Shown: positions 40,755 through 52,913, numbered from the stretch's first letter. The stretch: DNA of 64,000 nucleotides from an uncultured virus (IMG/VR IMGVR_UViG_3300029305_007310) (IMGVR_UViG_3300029305_007310:1-64000); one strand, 5' to 3'. The notes: generated by a model from the sequence alone, not told the origin. Numbers and translations: made by a program.

Positions 40755-43700
40755 ATTTTACCTTGGCAACAAATAATTGGTGCAGATGGTAATGCGTTTT
40801 TAGGTTCCATTTTTACTGCAAATAGAGACAGAAAAGCTGTTGCTTTGGAAGTACAAAAAAGAGATTTCGCATTTCTTGAGGAATATAATTCTGCCTCAAA
40901 ATCACGTCGTGATGAAATCGAAAAATTAATTTCTCCTCAGACTGCGGGTTTTGTTAATTTTGATCTTTTGAAAGACAAAGCTGACGACGCAGATGAGCAC
41001 ATCAAAAGCGTTAAGAAAACATTAGAAGGAATCAACAAGATTGAATTCCAAGGCTGGGGCAAGAAAGCGGTTAACGCTCTCAAATCAGTCGGCCAAGCCT
41101 TTGTTGGTATTGCGGCTCAGGCTCTTACTGCTATGGCTGTTACTCTGGCTATTGAAGGCATTGTCACAGTTTTCGATAACATCATCAATGCTTCTCAGAA
41201 GGCCATTGACGCCGCAGACGAGACTAAAGCTGCGTGGGAGTCCTTAGACGCAACCCAGAAAACCGCCAGAGAGACAATTGACCAATATGGCGAACGTTAT
41301 GATGAATTGTCTGAGAAAAGGGGTAAACCTTCTGGGTTGAGCACTTCCGAGTACGAAGAATATAAAGATATTTGCAACGAACTTGCTTCCGTATTTCCAG
41401 AGTTGGTAAGTGGCTGGGATGAGCAGGGAAATGCCATTCTTAGGGCTAATACAAGTATTAAAAAGCTGGAAGAGTCGTATCAGTCTTTACTTCGTTTAAA
41501 TCGTGAAGCAAAGAGTGAAGATTTTGCGGAAACAGTCATGGAAGGCGCTTATGCAAGATTGTATTCTGCTGATAAAGGTAGTTATACGGATTACCTCGAA
41601 ATGCGTCGTGCAGCCGAAGAGTTGGCTAGGATGCAAGGCAGAGGTGAAAACGCAGAGGCCTATGAATTTGTTGCTCCCGGTGTAATTGGCGATTATGGCC
41701 AATACTGGTTTGGTAAAGATGGAATACTAAGCAGCAGTAACAAATTTATTGAACAAATCAATGGATTTATTAGCAGTGGCGACTTGAGCGCCATTGGGAA
41801 AATCCCAGGAGACCTTGCTGCATATTTTGGAACAGTAACCGCTGCCGCTGGAGCTGCTGAATATGCCGCTGATGAGATCATTAAATTAAGTGACATTGAT
41901 GCACTTGATTATATTACCGATCATACCGGAGCGCTAAAGCAAGGCACATCATTAGACGATGGTTTAAATCAGTTAGCTAATGCTGTGATTGGACAGATCA
42001 TGTCTATAGAGCTTATAGTTGCTCAAAAAGCAGAGTCTTTGAGCTATCAGGCGGATCGTGATCTTGTCACTTTACAGGATGAATACCGTAATATGACTAT
42101 TAACGCGTTTGATCGGTATTCAAACTATAAATATGGTGGCGGCATACTGGCCGAATCTGGATTTGAAGAAGATTTTAAAAATTATCTTGAAAGAGTGCCG
42201 TATGCTTTTGGACATGACTGGTTTGGTGAAATAGACGCCAAAGATCCGGCAGCTTTTGCTGATAAGTACAAAAATGAAGTACTGAACAAATTAAGAATTC
42301 CTACTGTTTCTGAAATGGTTGAGGGAATGTACCAATCTGTTACGGATTATTTCTCTGGAGATATGTCATATGGCGATCTTAAGAGAAAGTTGGATGGATA
42401 CGGTAAAGATGGGCCATTCCAAAACGACCGTGTTTGGTCTGCATTTATTGAAGCCGCGTTTGGTGGTGAAGGTGTTCAGCAAGCGCAAGAAGATGCTTTT
42501 AAGCGAGCAAAAAACATCTTAAAATTTGGAGATGCTTCCTCGCTTGAGGATTTGACATTTGAACAATTGTCATTTCTTGCAGGATATAAAGGGGAAAGTA
42601 TTTATTCACTTGACGAATTGAATGCTCTTATGAAAGAGGATGCAATAAAAAATCAAAGTGAATTAGAAGAAATTATTAAGTCCTACACCGACTTTAACGA
42701 GGCTCGCACCAAATCACTGTCCGCTCTTTCAGCCCTTAGCGAGCAAGGCCACCTTACTCCTGACGAATGGAAACAGCTTCAGGCGTCTGGCTATGATGCT
42801 GCAATTGCTGAAACACAGTATGGCTCCAAGTATGTCGATTATCAGACGATGCGTGATATCGACGAAGCTAAAACTCAGGAAAAGATTGTAGAAAATCTTG
42901 AGGCGAAAGCTTTAAAGCAGGAAAAGCTTAATGAGCTAACTGATGAGCACACCAAGCTCCTTGCTGAAAATTCCAAGGAAGCCGAGAAAAAGGCAGAAGA
43001 AATCAAAACTCTTGAAAATGAGATTGATTTGATTGATCTTATGAATGAGAGTCTTTTGGAGTCTACTTCTGCTCTTAATGCGTTTAAGCAGGCCTCCAGT
43101 ATGGCCGAGCTTGGTGACAACTTCCGCTCTACCAAAGAAGCTCTTGATGCTATTAATGAGGGTCTTGAGTCTGGCCGTGTGGGCACCAACAAATTCAAAG
43201 CTGCGCTTGAACTGCTTGGTGGCAGAGGGATGCTTGAACGGTTTGAATCCGGCGATTTCTCTCGTAAAGAGCTGAAGCAATACACTGAGCAACTTGGCAA
43301 ATATTATGACGAAGATGGCAACATCAATCGTAGTAAGGCATTTGATACTTTTGTAAAAGAAGGTATAGGGCGCTATTTCAAAGGTGAAAACGGAGAAAAG
43401 CGTTTTGCATTTAATGCTGGGACTACGATGGCTCAGATCCAAGAAAAGCTTGGCGGCATTACGGAAGAGATGGCTACATACTTCCTTGATGCTATTAATG
43501 AGTATGCTGTTGGTGCAAATGAAATCCTTGGGCCTGATGGTTATGAGAGTTATCAGGAAAGAGCGAAAAAAGCCAGAGAAGAAGCTGAGGCAAAAGAGAG
43601 TGCAAGAATTGAACAGCTTAATGGAATTGCAGAAAATGCTTTAACGGCCTCTACTGAACAAATTGCGGCAGCTACTGAAACAAAGGCAGCGGCTACACTT

Positions 43701-46700
43701 ATGAAAGAAGCTGCGGCTGCATGGCTGGCGTCTGCGCCCAAGGAAACTGAACCGTCTGCTACACCTATTGATTCTCAAATTGAATTAGAAAAAACAGCGA
43801 TAGATAATCTCTTTAAAGAGCATATTGGAGCAACGCCTGTTCCAACTGAAGATACAGTTCAAGTGAATGGGGACATGTATGTGCAACCGCACGATTCAAG
43901 TGCCCCAATAGCGAAGCCATTCTTTAAAGACCCATTAGTGGGATTGGAAGGTACAGACAACTATCAGATTGAAGCACAGGCCATTGAGGCTGCTAGTGAT
44001 ATTTTAAAGGCGGCACTTCCTCAGCATTCTGATTTAGGCAGAGAGCCTGTTTCTCTCTCGGACGAAGTTTATAGCGAGAATAGAGCTGATGCTAATGCCC
44101 AAATTGATGCCAATGTATCTTATATCAAAGGCTTGTTCCAGGCTTTTGAAAGTGCAGGCGTGGATATGGCTCAAATTGATTTGGGGGCTTTGCAATCAAA
44201 TGTCCAGAGTGTTGTAGATACACTTAAAGTGCTTGGGTACAGTGGCGAAGCGCTTGACCAAGCAGACGCAATACTGCAAGGAATCAATACCAAATTGTTG
44301 GCATTGAAAGCGGCCGAAGCGGACTTGCCTTCTACGCCTCCTGTTCCGTCTGAAGTATCCTCAGTGATACCCAATAGAATTCCTGAAAAACTGCCAGAGA
44401 ACGCTAGTGTATTTGAAAGCCTTGTGGGCGGTTTGACGGCTGTTACTCAGGAGACGAAGCAAGCATTAATCGATCATGCTATTCATCTAAAGGAAGCTTA
44501 CGTTACCTTAGAAGATTACGAGAATTCTCAAATGGTAGAAAACGCCATTCAGAAAATCATGGATCTTCAAGTTGAGGGAATTACTCCTTATGTGCGTCCC
44601 GAACCTTCAGAGGTGCCGGAGGATGCAAAAGCGAGGATACCTGATAGCATCCCTGATATGCTCCCTGAAAGCGCGAGTGCATTTGAAAGTCTCGTGAGAG
44701 GGCTTACTGTCGTTACTGCGGAAGTGCAAGCAAGGCTTCTTGATCATGCTAACAGCTTGAAGGAAGCCTACACCAACATGCTCTCGATAACAGGAGATTA
44801 TGAGGGTTTGGCTTTAATTGAGAATGCTCTCAGCCAAATCGAGAGTCTTGAAATTGTAACTGATGCTCCTGTAGAAGTGGCTCCTGGTGCAGAAAATGCA
44901 GTTCCGTCTGCAACAATGAGCATTCATGAACAATTAATGGCGCTGGGTGCTATGGGGCATGGTGCATTAGCATTTGCTGGATATAACGATGTAAACGCGA
45001 TTAGAACTGAAAGAACAAAATCTTCAGAGACCACCCCTGCCGGGGAAGAGCAAGAGATTGAAAGTGAATTACATCTTGACAATGAAGCTGCTCTTGATGC
45101 GATTGATGAAGTAAAGGAGATAGCGGAAGAACCCTTAGAGGGTACTTTTGAGGTTGATCCTACATCTGCTGAGACTGCGGTAACGAATGTAGTTACAATG
45201 ATTGAAACGATAACAACCAAGCCCGTTGATGCAAACACAGAGCCTGCAGAGGGCAAGGTTGGAACGTTGGATTCTCGCATTCGCGCAACTGTTACCAAAG
45301 GTGTTGATACCAGTCAAATTGAAGGCGCTATCTCTTTAGCCGATGCGCTTCACAGCTCTCTTTCAAGGCCTGCTACAAAACGTGTTACAGTAGTTCAAAG
45401 TGGCGGATTAACGTCAGGTGGTTCAGTAACCGCTGTTGATGGCGGTAAAATGGCCTCTTCTGGTGGGATCGCACGAGTTGATGGAGGGGCGGCATATGCT
45501 GGTGGTACAGCCCTTGTTGGCGAAATTGCTCCTGAAATTATTGTTGACCGTAAGAGTGGTACATGGAGACTTGTTGATTATCCACAGCTTACCCATTTGA
45601 ATCCTGGGGATATTGTTTTCAATGGTGAGCAAACTAAGGATATACTTGCTGGTAAGCGCACTGGTTTTAGTAAAGCTTTTGTAGATGGCAATGTTAAGGG
45701 TGGTTTGAGTTTTGCGAGTGGAGAAAAGCGGTACTTAACAGCCGCTATGGGAGAATTTCAGGCTGGGAGTTTCGGCCTTAGCACTCCTTATAAAAGCCAA
45801 GCCATACCGGATGGTAAGAAAAAAAGCTCCGGCGGTGGTGGATCTTCTCGTGGAGGCTCCGGCGACGATGAAGAAAAAGACTGGAAAGACTGGATTGTCC
45901 GAGTTCTTGAAATTGCAAAAGAAGCTACAGAGAAAGCTATTGACGATGTGGCTAAGAAAATTGGCTACCTCGCACAGAATGCTCAGTTGGATGTAGCTCT
46001 TAAAGCAAATCAGAACGAGATTGAAAAGAATGAGGCTGCTCAAAAGCGCTATATGGAACAGGCTGCGCAAATGCAAAGAGAGCATGGTTTAAGCGCTGAC
46101 ATTGTAAAAAGGATTCAAGAAGGCACGATTGATATTACTAAGTATGATCAAGAAATGCTTGACAAGATTGATGATTATCAAACATGGTTTGAGAAAGCGG
46201 AAGATTGTCGAAAAGCTGTGGAAGAGCTGAAGGAGCAAGAGCTTGAGCTTCAGCGCCAAAAACTTGATAATATCGACAAATATTACAACCACAAGATTGA
46301 CCGTCTTGAAGCCCAAATCAGTAAAAATGACTCCATGCTTGATCGGAAGGGCGCTTACGGCGAAGAGATTTTTCAACAAGATTATGTTGATGCCATTAAA
46401 GCAACCCAAGACAAGATTGCTCAACTGCAGGCTGAACGGAAGGCTTATGCAAAGCAGTTTGATGTACTTGTGAAGTCTGGGGCTCTTCAGCCTGATAGCA
46501 ATGAGTGGCATGAGTACATATCTACTCTTGAAGAAGTGGATGAATCCATTATAGAAACGCAAACAGACCTCGCAGAGTTAAAAGATGCCATGGAGAACAT
46601 AAAGCTTACTAATTTGCAGTATGCTCTTGATCGTCTTGAAGCTTTGCAGGATGCTTTAGAGAGTTTCTTGGATTTCCATGATTCTCAAGGCGTTGATAAT

Positions 46701-47054
46701 AATGCTGATACCTATATTGATCTGATTCAGAATGCTTTCGACGAGATTGATAACCTTGAAATGCAAAATGAATTCCTCCGTGGGCAGCAAGAAGGACTGG
46801 ATGTCCTGAGCGAGAAATGGCAGGAATTGCAGCAAGAGATTGAAAGCAATGAACAGAGCATTTGGGAGATTAAGTCTGCGCAGGAGGATTGGAATGATAC
46901 AATCGCTGACTTGCAGATTCAGATGCTTGAACGTGAACGTGAAGAGCTTGAAAAGACCAATGACGCGCTGGAAAGACGCAAAGAAATGGAAGATGCTCTT
47001 GAAGACCTTGAAAAGGCTAAGAGCCAGAGAACGAAACTCATATACAGAGAGGGT
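40755..47054 (+). CDS. Tail tape measure protein, exon 2
   Basis: 2100-codon helical frame with no RBS upstream; ALVGEIAPEIIV motif; ends YREG at a 5' splice site. Confidence 0.85.
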
Positions 47055-48289
47055 AAACACCGATGCCCCTTTACGCAGTAATGTGTATTGCAACAGGTGA
47101 GTATATCGGTTAAAGCCTGAAGGAGACAGGTAAGACCGAGGTAAATATTGTTTATTGGCAAAATAGTAAGGAGTTATTTTGCCGCCATATAATCGGGTAC
47201 CAGAGAAAGAAACAATAAAACTATGTAATAGTATAAACTTGGAATATATTAATACGATTTATGAAAAGGTCGCGTATGTTGAATTTATATGTAAAAAGCA
47301 TGACTACAAAGGGGTGCAAAGAATAAACCGCGAAGCTCTTTGTAGATGGGCTCAGAAAGGCACCTGTAATTGCGCACATATTAACAGAGACGCAGAAGAT
47401 TTGCGTCGTGAACCAAATTTGGATAAAGATGTTATTGTATTGGGTGAATATATAAAATCCAATATCCCCATTTTGTGCAAATGTAAAAGATGTCAAAGTG
47501 AATTCATGGCGACACCAAATAAACTTCAGCAAGGTCGCGGGTGCCCCAATTGTCGTTTTGAAAAAATAGGTGAACATAATCGCCTTGGTTTAGAAACCTA
47601 TAAGCAACGCTTACAAAAGAATTTCCCTGACTTAGAATTAGTCGGTGAGTATTCAGGGATGGAACATTCAATAACGTTTCGCTGTAAACGGTGCGGTAAA
47701 GTTCAGAAATGCTCTTCTGCATGGAGGGTGCTGTCTGGTGATCGCGGGTGTTCTAAATGCAATTCATCTAAAGGTGAAAGAAAAATTGCTAATTATTTGG
47801 ATGCGCACAATATTTTTTATGAAGCACAAAAGCAATTTTTACAGTGTCACGCTAAGAAGCCTTTGCGATTTGATTTTTATATTCCCAGTTTGAATACCTG
47901 CATTGAATACCAAGGAGAACAACACTATAGACCAGTTGATTTTGCTGGTAGGCATGATGGGAGCCATATAGTTAATCATTCATCTTTGCTGGAAAGAGAT
48001 GATATTAAACGCTCTTTTTGCTCGCAAAATGCAATTAATTTGGTCGAAATTCCATATTGGGAAATAGGAAACATCGAAGAAAAACTAAAAGATTTATTAT
48101 GCTAATAAACAATATAACCGTAGAGACTGTAATGGTGGTTACAGCAATGTGACCACCTGACTCACCCTCCTCGAAAGAGGATGAAGATCCAGTCCGAACT
48201 CGCGCTATATCTCCAAAATAATAAAACGCGAGAGATGGGTTGAAAGACCTATCCGCCACACAAGTGGTTTATAAGTAACAGATTTATTG
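47055..48289 (+). ncRNA. Group I intron in the tape measure gene
   Basis: P1 GGGT/GCCC; P10 CCGAT/ATCGG; P3 GGTGAG/CTCACC; P7 GACTG/CAGTC; GAAGATCCAGTCC; terminal G; join YREG|IGFVYEAD in frame. Confidence 0.92.
47179..48105 (+). CDS. Intron-encoded homing endonuclease: Zn-binding repeats plus C-terminal Vsr/PD-(D/E)xK-like nuclease
   Basis: Repeated CxxC...GCPNC units; SKGE, LRFDFY and IEYQGEQH; lies in the P6 loop. Confidence 0.85.
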   Translation: MPPYNRVPEKETIKLCNSINLEYINTIYEKVAYVEFICKKHDYKGVQRINREALCRWAQKGTCNCAHINRDAEDLRREPNLDKDVIVLGEYIKSNIPILCKCKRCQSEFMATPNKLQQGRGCPNCRFEKIGEHNRLGLETYKQRLQKNFPDLELVGEYSGMEHSITFRCKRCGKVQKCSSAWRVLSGDRGCSKCNSSKGERKIANYLDAHNIFYEAQKQFLQCHAKKPLRFDFYIPSLNTCIEYQGEQHYRPVDFAGRHDGSHIVNHSSLLERDDIKRSFCSQNAINLVEIPYWEIGNIEEKLKDLLC

Positions 48290-48700
48290 ATCGGATTTGT
48301 ATATGAGGCAGATCAAGAAGCTATCAAAGAAGCCCAAGATCGCGTTGATGAACTCAGGCATAATGAAATGCTTGACAAAATTGACGAGGCTATTTCGGCT
48401 ATCGAGGATAACAAGAAGAACGACAACATTTATGATTTCCAAGGTTCCAGCGTAATTAAGGACATCACAGATGAAGATGCTTTGAAGCTCTATAATTTGA
48501 TTCATGGCTCTACGGATCTTGATGCCTTGCTTGCAGATAAAGCATTTGCAGATTTGAAAAACGTTGGTGGAAACACCGCGTCTTCAACAGTCATTCAAAT
48601 TGGCGATATCCGCCTTGAAGGCGTGCAAGACGCTAACTCGCTTGCGCAAAGCATAGTCAGTGAATTGCCAAATCGGCTTATCCAGGCAATTTATAAATAA
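48290..48700 (+). CDS. Tail tape measure protein, exon 3
   Basis: IGFVYEADQEAIKEAQ... ending in a typical TMP C-terminus. Confidence 0.85.
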   Translation: MGFVYEADQEAIKEAQDRVDELRHNEMLDKIDEAISAIEDNKKNDNIYDFQGSSVIKDITDEDALKLYNLIHGSTDLDALLADKAFADLKNVGGNTASSTVIQIGDIRLEGVQDANSLAQSIVSELPNRLIQAIYK

Positions 48701-48704
48701 TACC

Positions 48705-48740
48705 AAGGGGGTTGTTGCTTTGGCGGCAGCCCCCTTTAAA
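48705..48740 (+). terminator. Hairpin/terminator after the TMP gene
   Basis: AAGGGGGTTGTTGC...GCGGCAGCCCCCTTT. Confidence 0.55.
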
Positions 48741-48755
48741 AGGAGGTGAGAAGCC

Positions 48756-49469
48756 CTGAAAGTAACAAATGATTCATTACGCTGCGCAGTAAGGATTGAA
48801 CATTCTGTTGAAGATGCCAGAGCATTTGTAGAAGATGCGTCTGTAATTACTTCTGTAAGTGTTCAGCGAAGGCCATCTACTTCAACAAATTGGGTTGAAA
48901 TACATAGTGTATCAATTACTACTGAGAATGATTTGAATTTTTGTTTGTTGGATTACTCGGCTCGGTCATGTCGGGAATATGAATATAGGAATGTTATTGT
49001 TTCCAATACTAATTATATTGGGCCAGCGGTGGCGGTCACTACACGTTTTGATGGGGTTCTGATCGCTTCCAAGAAGAAATGCTATATATCATTACTTAAT
49101 CCTGAGTATACACTACAAAGAGACTTTAATGTGGCTTATGTAAAACCCTATAATAGTAAGTACCCACATGCTATTCATAATGGCTTGGCAAACTCTAATA
49201 AGGGTACAGTAAAGGGCATTTTCAACCCAATTTCACCAGATTGTATGATTGAAATGAAGTATGCAGATTACGCGGATGATTTCATAGACTTTTTATCCGA
49301 CGGAACGCCTAAATTAATAAAAACCTTTGATGGGCATGCGTGGTATGCTGAAATAGATACGCCAGTAAAAAGAGAGTACGATAAAGTGATTGGTATAGTT
49401 AATATTAGTTTCTCTTGGACGGAAGTTGCAGAAGTACCTTCAAACTTTTGCAAAATGGTAACGGGGTGA
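48756..49469 (+). CDS. Putative distal tail protein, probable CTG start
   Basis: AGGAGGTG RBS before CTG 48756; frame open through the listed ORF; FLSDGTPKLIKTFDG...ISFSWTEV. Confidence 0.65.
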   Translation: MKVTNDSLRCAVRIEHSVEDARAFVEDASVITSVSVQRRPSTSTNWVEIHSVSITTENDLNFCLLDYSARSCREYEYRNVIVSNTNYIGPAVAVTTRFDGVLIASKKKCYISLLNPEYTLQRDFNVAYVKPYNSKYPHAIHNGLANSNKGTVKGIFNPISPDCMIEMKYADYADDFIDFLSDGTPKLIKTFDGHAWYAEIDTPVKREYDKVIGIVNISFSWTEVAEVPSNFCKMVTG

Positions 49470-49473
49470 TAGA

Positions 49474-51177
49474 ATGACTGATTTTGAATTGGTTGCTTAC
49501 CCTGTAAAAAAGATTAAAGTTAAATTACAACTGGTTGGAGGAAGCCAATCATTTTTCCCAGGATTAAGGAAATATGTTTTATGGGATGAATACAATCAGA
49601 CACTGTGGGAAGAAGTGGTTGAAAAAACATGGAAACAATTTGGCGAACGAGAGCAAGGAGAAACTGAACTGTCTGTAATACAAGAAATGGATGGAGATGT
49701 TGTGTCTCTTTCCCAATCAATTGATGCCACGTCGGATGTTAGGCGCACAATGTCCGCTTCTATCCATCTCAATAACCCCAAATACTTTGAAGCCGCATTC
49801 AGTGCCATTTGGCTAAATCGTCTGATTCGTGTTCAGTTTGGTATTTATGATATAGACGAGGAGGATTATCGTTGGTTTCCAATAGGGGACTATATGGTTA
49901 CTCTAAACGATTATATGTATAATGCACAAACTAATCAGCTAAATTTATCACTCGCTGATCTAATGGCATCTATTACGGAACATCGAGGAAATCAAATTGG
50001 GACAGAAGTCACGATTTATATGGATACTCCCATGAAAGAAGCTATTAATGGGACAATTGAGCGTTTCTTCCCTTTTACATTTAACAATGTAACAGATTTC
50101 GAAGAAGAAAAGATACCGTATGATTTGGAGTTTGAACGAGGAATTTACCCATATGATATTGTGAAAAAAATTGTAACGCTTTATCCGGGGTATGAACAAT
50201 ATTATACTGCAGACGGAGTTTATGCAGTACAATCAGTGCCAATGGGGATAAGCGAGGGGTTGGTTCTTGATGCAGACCAAATGGCACAGCTTGTAATTTC
50301 AGATAATGGAAGCTCAAATCCCCAAGATATCAAAAATACAGTTGAAGTATGGGGGAGAGAACTGGATGCAGACCATACTGCTGAAACATGCGATAGTACA
50401 TTGAGGGAAAAAACGTATTCTTTATATATTGACGAGTTGTTCGATGCACTGGTAGATGGTATGACCTTTTCTTTTACGCCAGATAAAACATCCCAAATTG
50501 GTCAAATGATCAAGATCCAAGATACACCCGCGTATCCAATTGTTATAGAAAGTGGAGATGGAGATAAGGTTAATGTACAATGGGGAGATTTGAAAGAAGG
50601 TACGCAATACGTAGTGAAATACACGAATTTTACTTATGTATTGCAAGGGCCAAGTATTATTCACGCCATGTATTTCCTTTTCAGCGAGCGTCCTGACGAC
50701 AAAATTATCGCAGCTTTAAAGAGTAAGTATGGCTGCCAAGACATTGGCATTATGATCCATCGTGATTCTCAATTTACTATTGATTGGATTGGTGAACGCG
50801 TATTGGTTTGTGATGGTGGAGAATATGAAGATATTTATACTACCAAATTGGCTTTAGAAAGAGCTTCCTATGAGACGTGGAAACGTGCTCGTGTTCAAGA
50901 CACTATTCGTCTGGAAATGCTTTATGTTCCTTGGCTGGATGTAAATCAAAAAGTAAGATACAAGTCTATTGTTACAGATGAAGAAGCAGATTATTTGGTA
51001 CAAAGTATCCAGGTGAATGTTGAGACTTTTACCATGTATGTATCGCTCACACGGTATTATCCGTACTATCCATGGTTAAGAGGAAGCACAAAATGGGAAG
51101 ATTATGGAGAAACTAGCTGGAGCGAATTATCTGGTTTGTATTGGGACGAAATAATGTACCCTGTAAAAACAGAATGA
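49474..51177 (+). CDS. Tail/baseplate hub protein
   Basis: SIDATSDVRRT, IPYDLEF, IKNTVEVWG and VPWLDVNQKV; position. Confidence 0.7.
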   Translation: MTDFELVAYPVKKIKVKLQLVGGSQSFFPGLRKYVLWDEYNQTLWEEVVEKTWKQFGEREQGETELSVIQEMDGDVVSLSQSIDATSDVRRTMSASIHLNNPKYFEAAFSAIWLNRLIRVQFGIYDIDEEDYRWFPIGDYMVTLNDYMYNAQTNQLNLSLADLMASITEHRGNQIGTEVTIYMDTPMKEAINGTIERFFPFTFNNVTDFEEEKIPYDLEFERGIYPYDIVKKIVTLYPGYEQYYTADGVYAVQSVPMGISEGLVLDADQMAQLVISDNGSSNPQDIKNTVEVWGRELDADHTAETCDSTLREKTYSLYIDELFDALVDGMTFSFTPDKTSQIGQMIKIQDTPAYPIVIESGDGDKVNVQWGDLKEGTQYVVKYTNFTYVLQGPSIIHAMYFLFSERPDDKIIAALKSKYGCQDIGIMIHRDSQFTIDWIGERVLVCDGGEYEDIYTTKLALERASYETWKRARVQDTIRLEMLYVPWLDVNQKVRYKSIVTDEEADYLVQSIQVNVETFTMYVSLTRYYPYYPWLRGSTKWEDYGETSWSELSGLYWDEIMYPVKTE

Positions 51178-51192
51178 TGAGGAGGTGATGTT

Positions 51193-51807
51193 GTGCCTAC
51201 AATTTCAGGAATTCTGGGAATGACGTTGCCAGAATCATTTGATAAAGTTGACGTCAGCGTTCTAAGTAATAACTTCAACTTGATTGATTTAGCATTTGGC
51301 CAGAGGATTACTTTGGAGCAGATAGCAAATAATTTAGAAACAGAAAAAGAGGGAATGGTACTTGACGCTAGGCAAGGTAAGGCATTGTCTGATACGCTTG
51401 TATCCGTTGCAAAAGCAATCGATGAAACAAAAGTTAGCAAAACTGACATTGTAAATGACTTAAAAACTGATGACGGCACAAAGCCATTAAGCGCCGCTCA
51501 AGGTGTTGAATTAAACCGCACAAAAGCGTTTGGATTTAGCGCGTCTGTGCTATTACCAACTGAAGGTTGGACAGGAGATGGCCCGTATACCCGCGACATT
51601 GAACTGGCTGGTGTTTCTGAAAATAAAGACATTTGTCATGTGGTGATGTCATTTGATCCAGCCTACGAGGAACCTTTTACGGATAGTGGAGTTGTTTTGG
51701 TCGCACAGAAGCAGGATGCATTGACTTTCAAGGTTGAGTTTATCCCGGAAGAAGCATTCCCCGTTAATGTTCTGGTAATGTTCACCGGTCAGGAGGTGGA
51801 CGGATGA
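51193..51807 (+). CDS. Tail fibre-related protein
   Basis: Repeats VLDARQGKAL and PLSAAQGVEL. Confidence 0.65.
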   Translation: MPTISGILGMTLPESFDKVDVSVLSNNFNLIDLAFGQRITLEQIANNLETEKEGMVLDARQGKALSDTLVSVAKAIDETKVSKTDIVNDLKTDDGTKPLSAAQGVELNRTKAFGFSASVLLPTEGWTGDGPYTRDIELAGVSENKDICHVVMSFDPAYEEPFTDSGVVLVAQKQDALTFKVEFIPEEAFPVNVLVMFTGQEVDG

Positions 51808-52592
51808 TTTTTAACCTGATGGGTGGAACGGTTGGTGCAGTCAGGACAATACATGCAAACAGTGCTGAAACGCTTCCGACGAGCGTGGCGGAAGGAACGC
51901 TTGCAATTATCAGCCAAACGCGACCCGGCAAGGTGCTGGTTCAGAACACAGAGCCCACAGCACCTGCTTCTGGTGATGTATGGATCAGCACGGATGTGTC
52001 CAGCTCAGCACCGATCCAGACGGGGAACATCACGATTTACCCGTCATCTGCAAAACAGTATGTAGCAGTTGCGTGGGTTACGGTGACAGCATATGTATTC
52101 AGCGGTGGTGCGTGGATTCCGCTTGAAACGTATTTGTTCAAAAACGGCGATCTATATGAGAGCATTACTGGCGGATGGGTAAGGATGTGGAGAGACAGAG
52201 AATGTGCAGAAATCACAGATACTGCGCTTGTAGCTGACGCCAGTTATCAGTATCGTCGTGCAGCGTTTCGCACCAAAAACGCTGTTGATTTGACCTCATA
52301 TAAAACGTTGAGAGCTGTATTTACTCCTATCACTAAGACGTATGGCGGCGAATATTGTGTCGCACTCGGTGTAAATAACACGGCTTTGGCAGAGGGAGAG
52401 CAGACCAATAGCAACGCACCGGGATTGACAAACCCCAACCACTGTATGACTGGGTATACGCAAACGACAATCAATCACACCGATCAATTCACGTTGGATT
52501 ATGACATTTCAGATGTAATTGGCGAACAATACGTAACAATCTATTTCCATACGCTCGACAGTTCATGCATCGAAGTACAGTTGCTTTCGTGA
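51804..52592 (+). CDS. Tail fibre or receptor-binding protein
   Basis: PTAPASGDVWI motif and beta-rich C-terminus. Confidence 0.55.
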   Translation: MIFNLMGGTVGAVRTIHANSAETLPTSVAEGTLAIISQTRPGKVLVQNTEPTAPASGDVWISTDVSSSAPIQTGNITIYPSSAKQYVAVAWVTVTAYVFSGGAWIPLETYLFKNGDLYESITGGWVRMWRDRECAEITDTALVADASYQYRRAAFRTKNAVDLTSYKTLRAVFTPITKTYGGEYCVALGVNNTALAEGEQTNSNAPGLTNPNHCMTGYTQTTINHTDQFTLDYDISDVIGEQYVTIYFHTLDSSCIEVQLLS

Positions 52593-52607
52593 GGAGGGGT
52601 GTGACCG

Positions 52608-52913
52608 ATGATCTATTATCTTGACACAGATTATCGCCTGCATGTCGAGCAGGACGGGACACGCAAAGCGTGGGACGATGAAACTGGAATCTTTGACGGA
52701 AAGTGCAAAACTTACATTGAAGGCTTCCGTGTGATTCCAGAGGGTGAAAGCTGGAAACGCAACGACGGGACGGTATTCAAGGGCTTTATGATTTCTCATG
52801 TGGTGGACGCATCCATCTTGCATGCTGCGCAGGCTGATGTTGAGGCAGCATACGCCGAAATGGAAGACATGCGATCCGCGCTGGAACTGTTGGGGGTGAC
52901 TCCTATTGAGTAA
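52608..52913 (+). CDS. Small tail-associated protein
   Basis: GAGGAGGGG RBS; position. Confidence 0.6.
   Translation: MIYYLDTDYRLHVEQDGTRKAWDDETGIFDGKCKTYIEGFRVIPEGESWKRNDGTVFKGFMISHVVDASILHAAQADVEAAYAEMEDMRSALELLGVTPIE

Noticed and set aside
32635..48700. Tape measure pseudogene or assembly error
   Set aside because: Both breaks coincide with complete group I cores and in-frame splice junctions.
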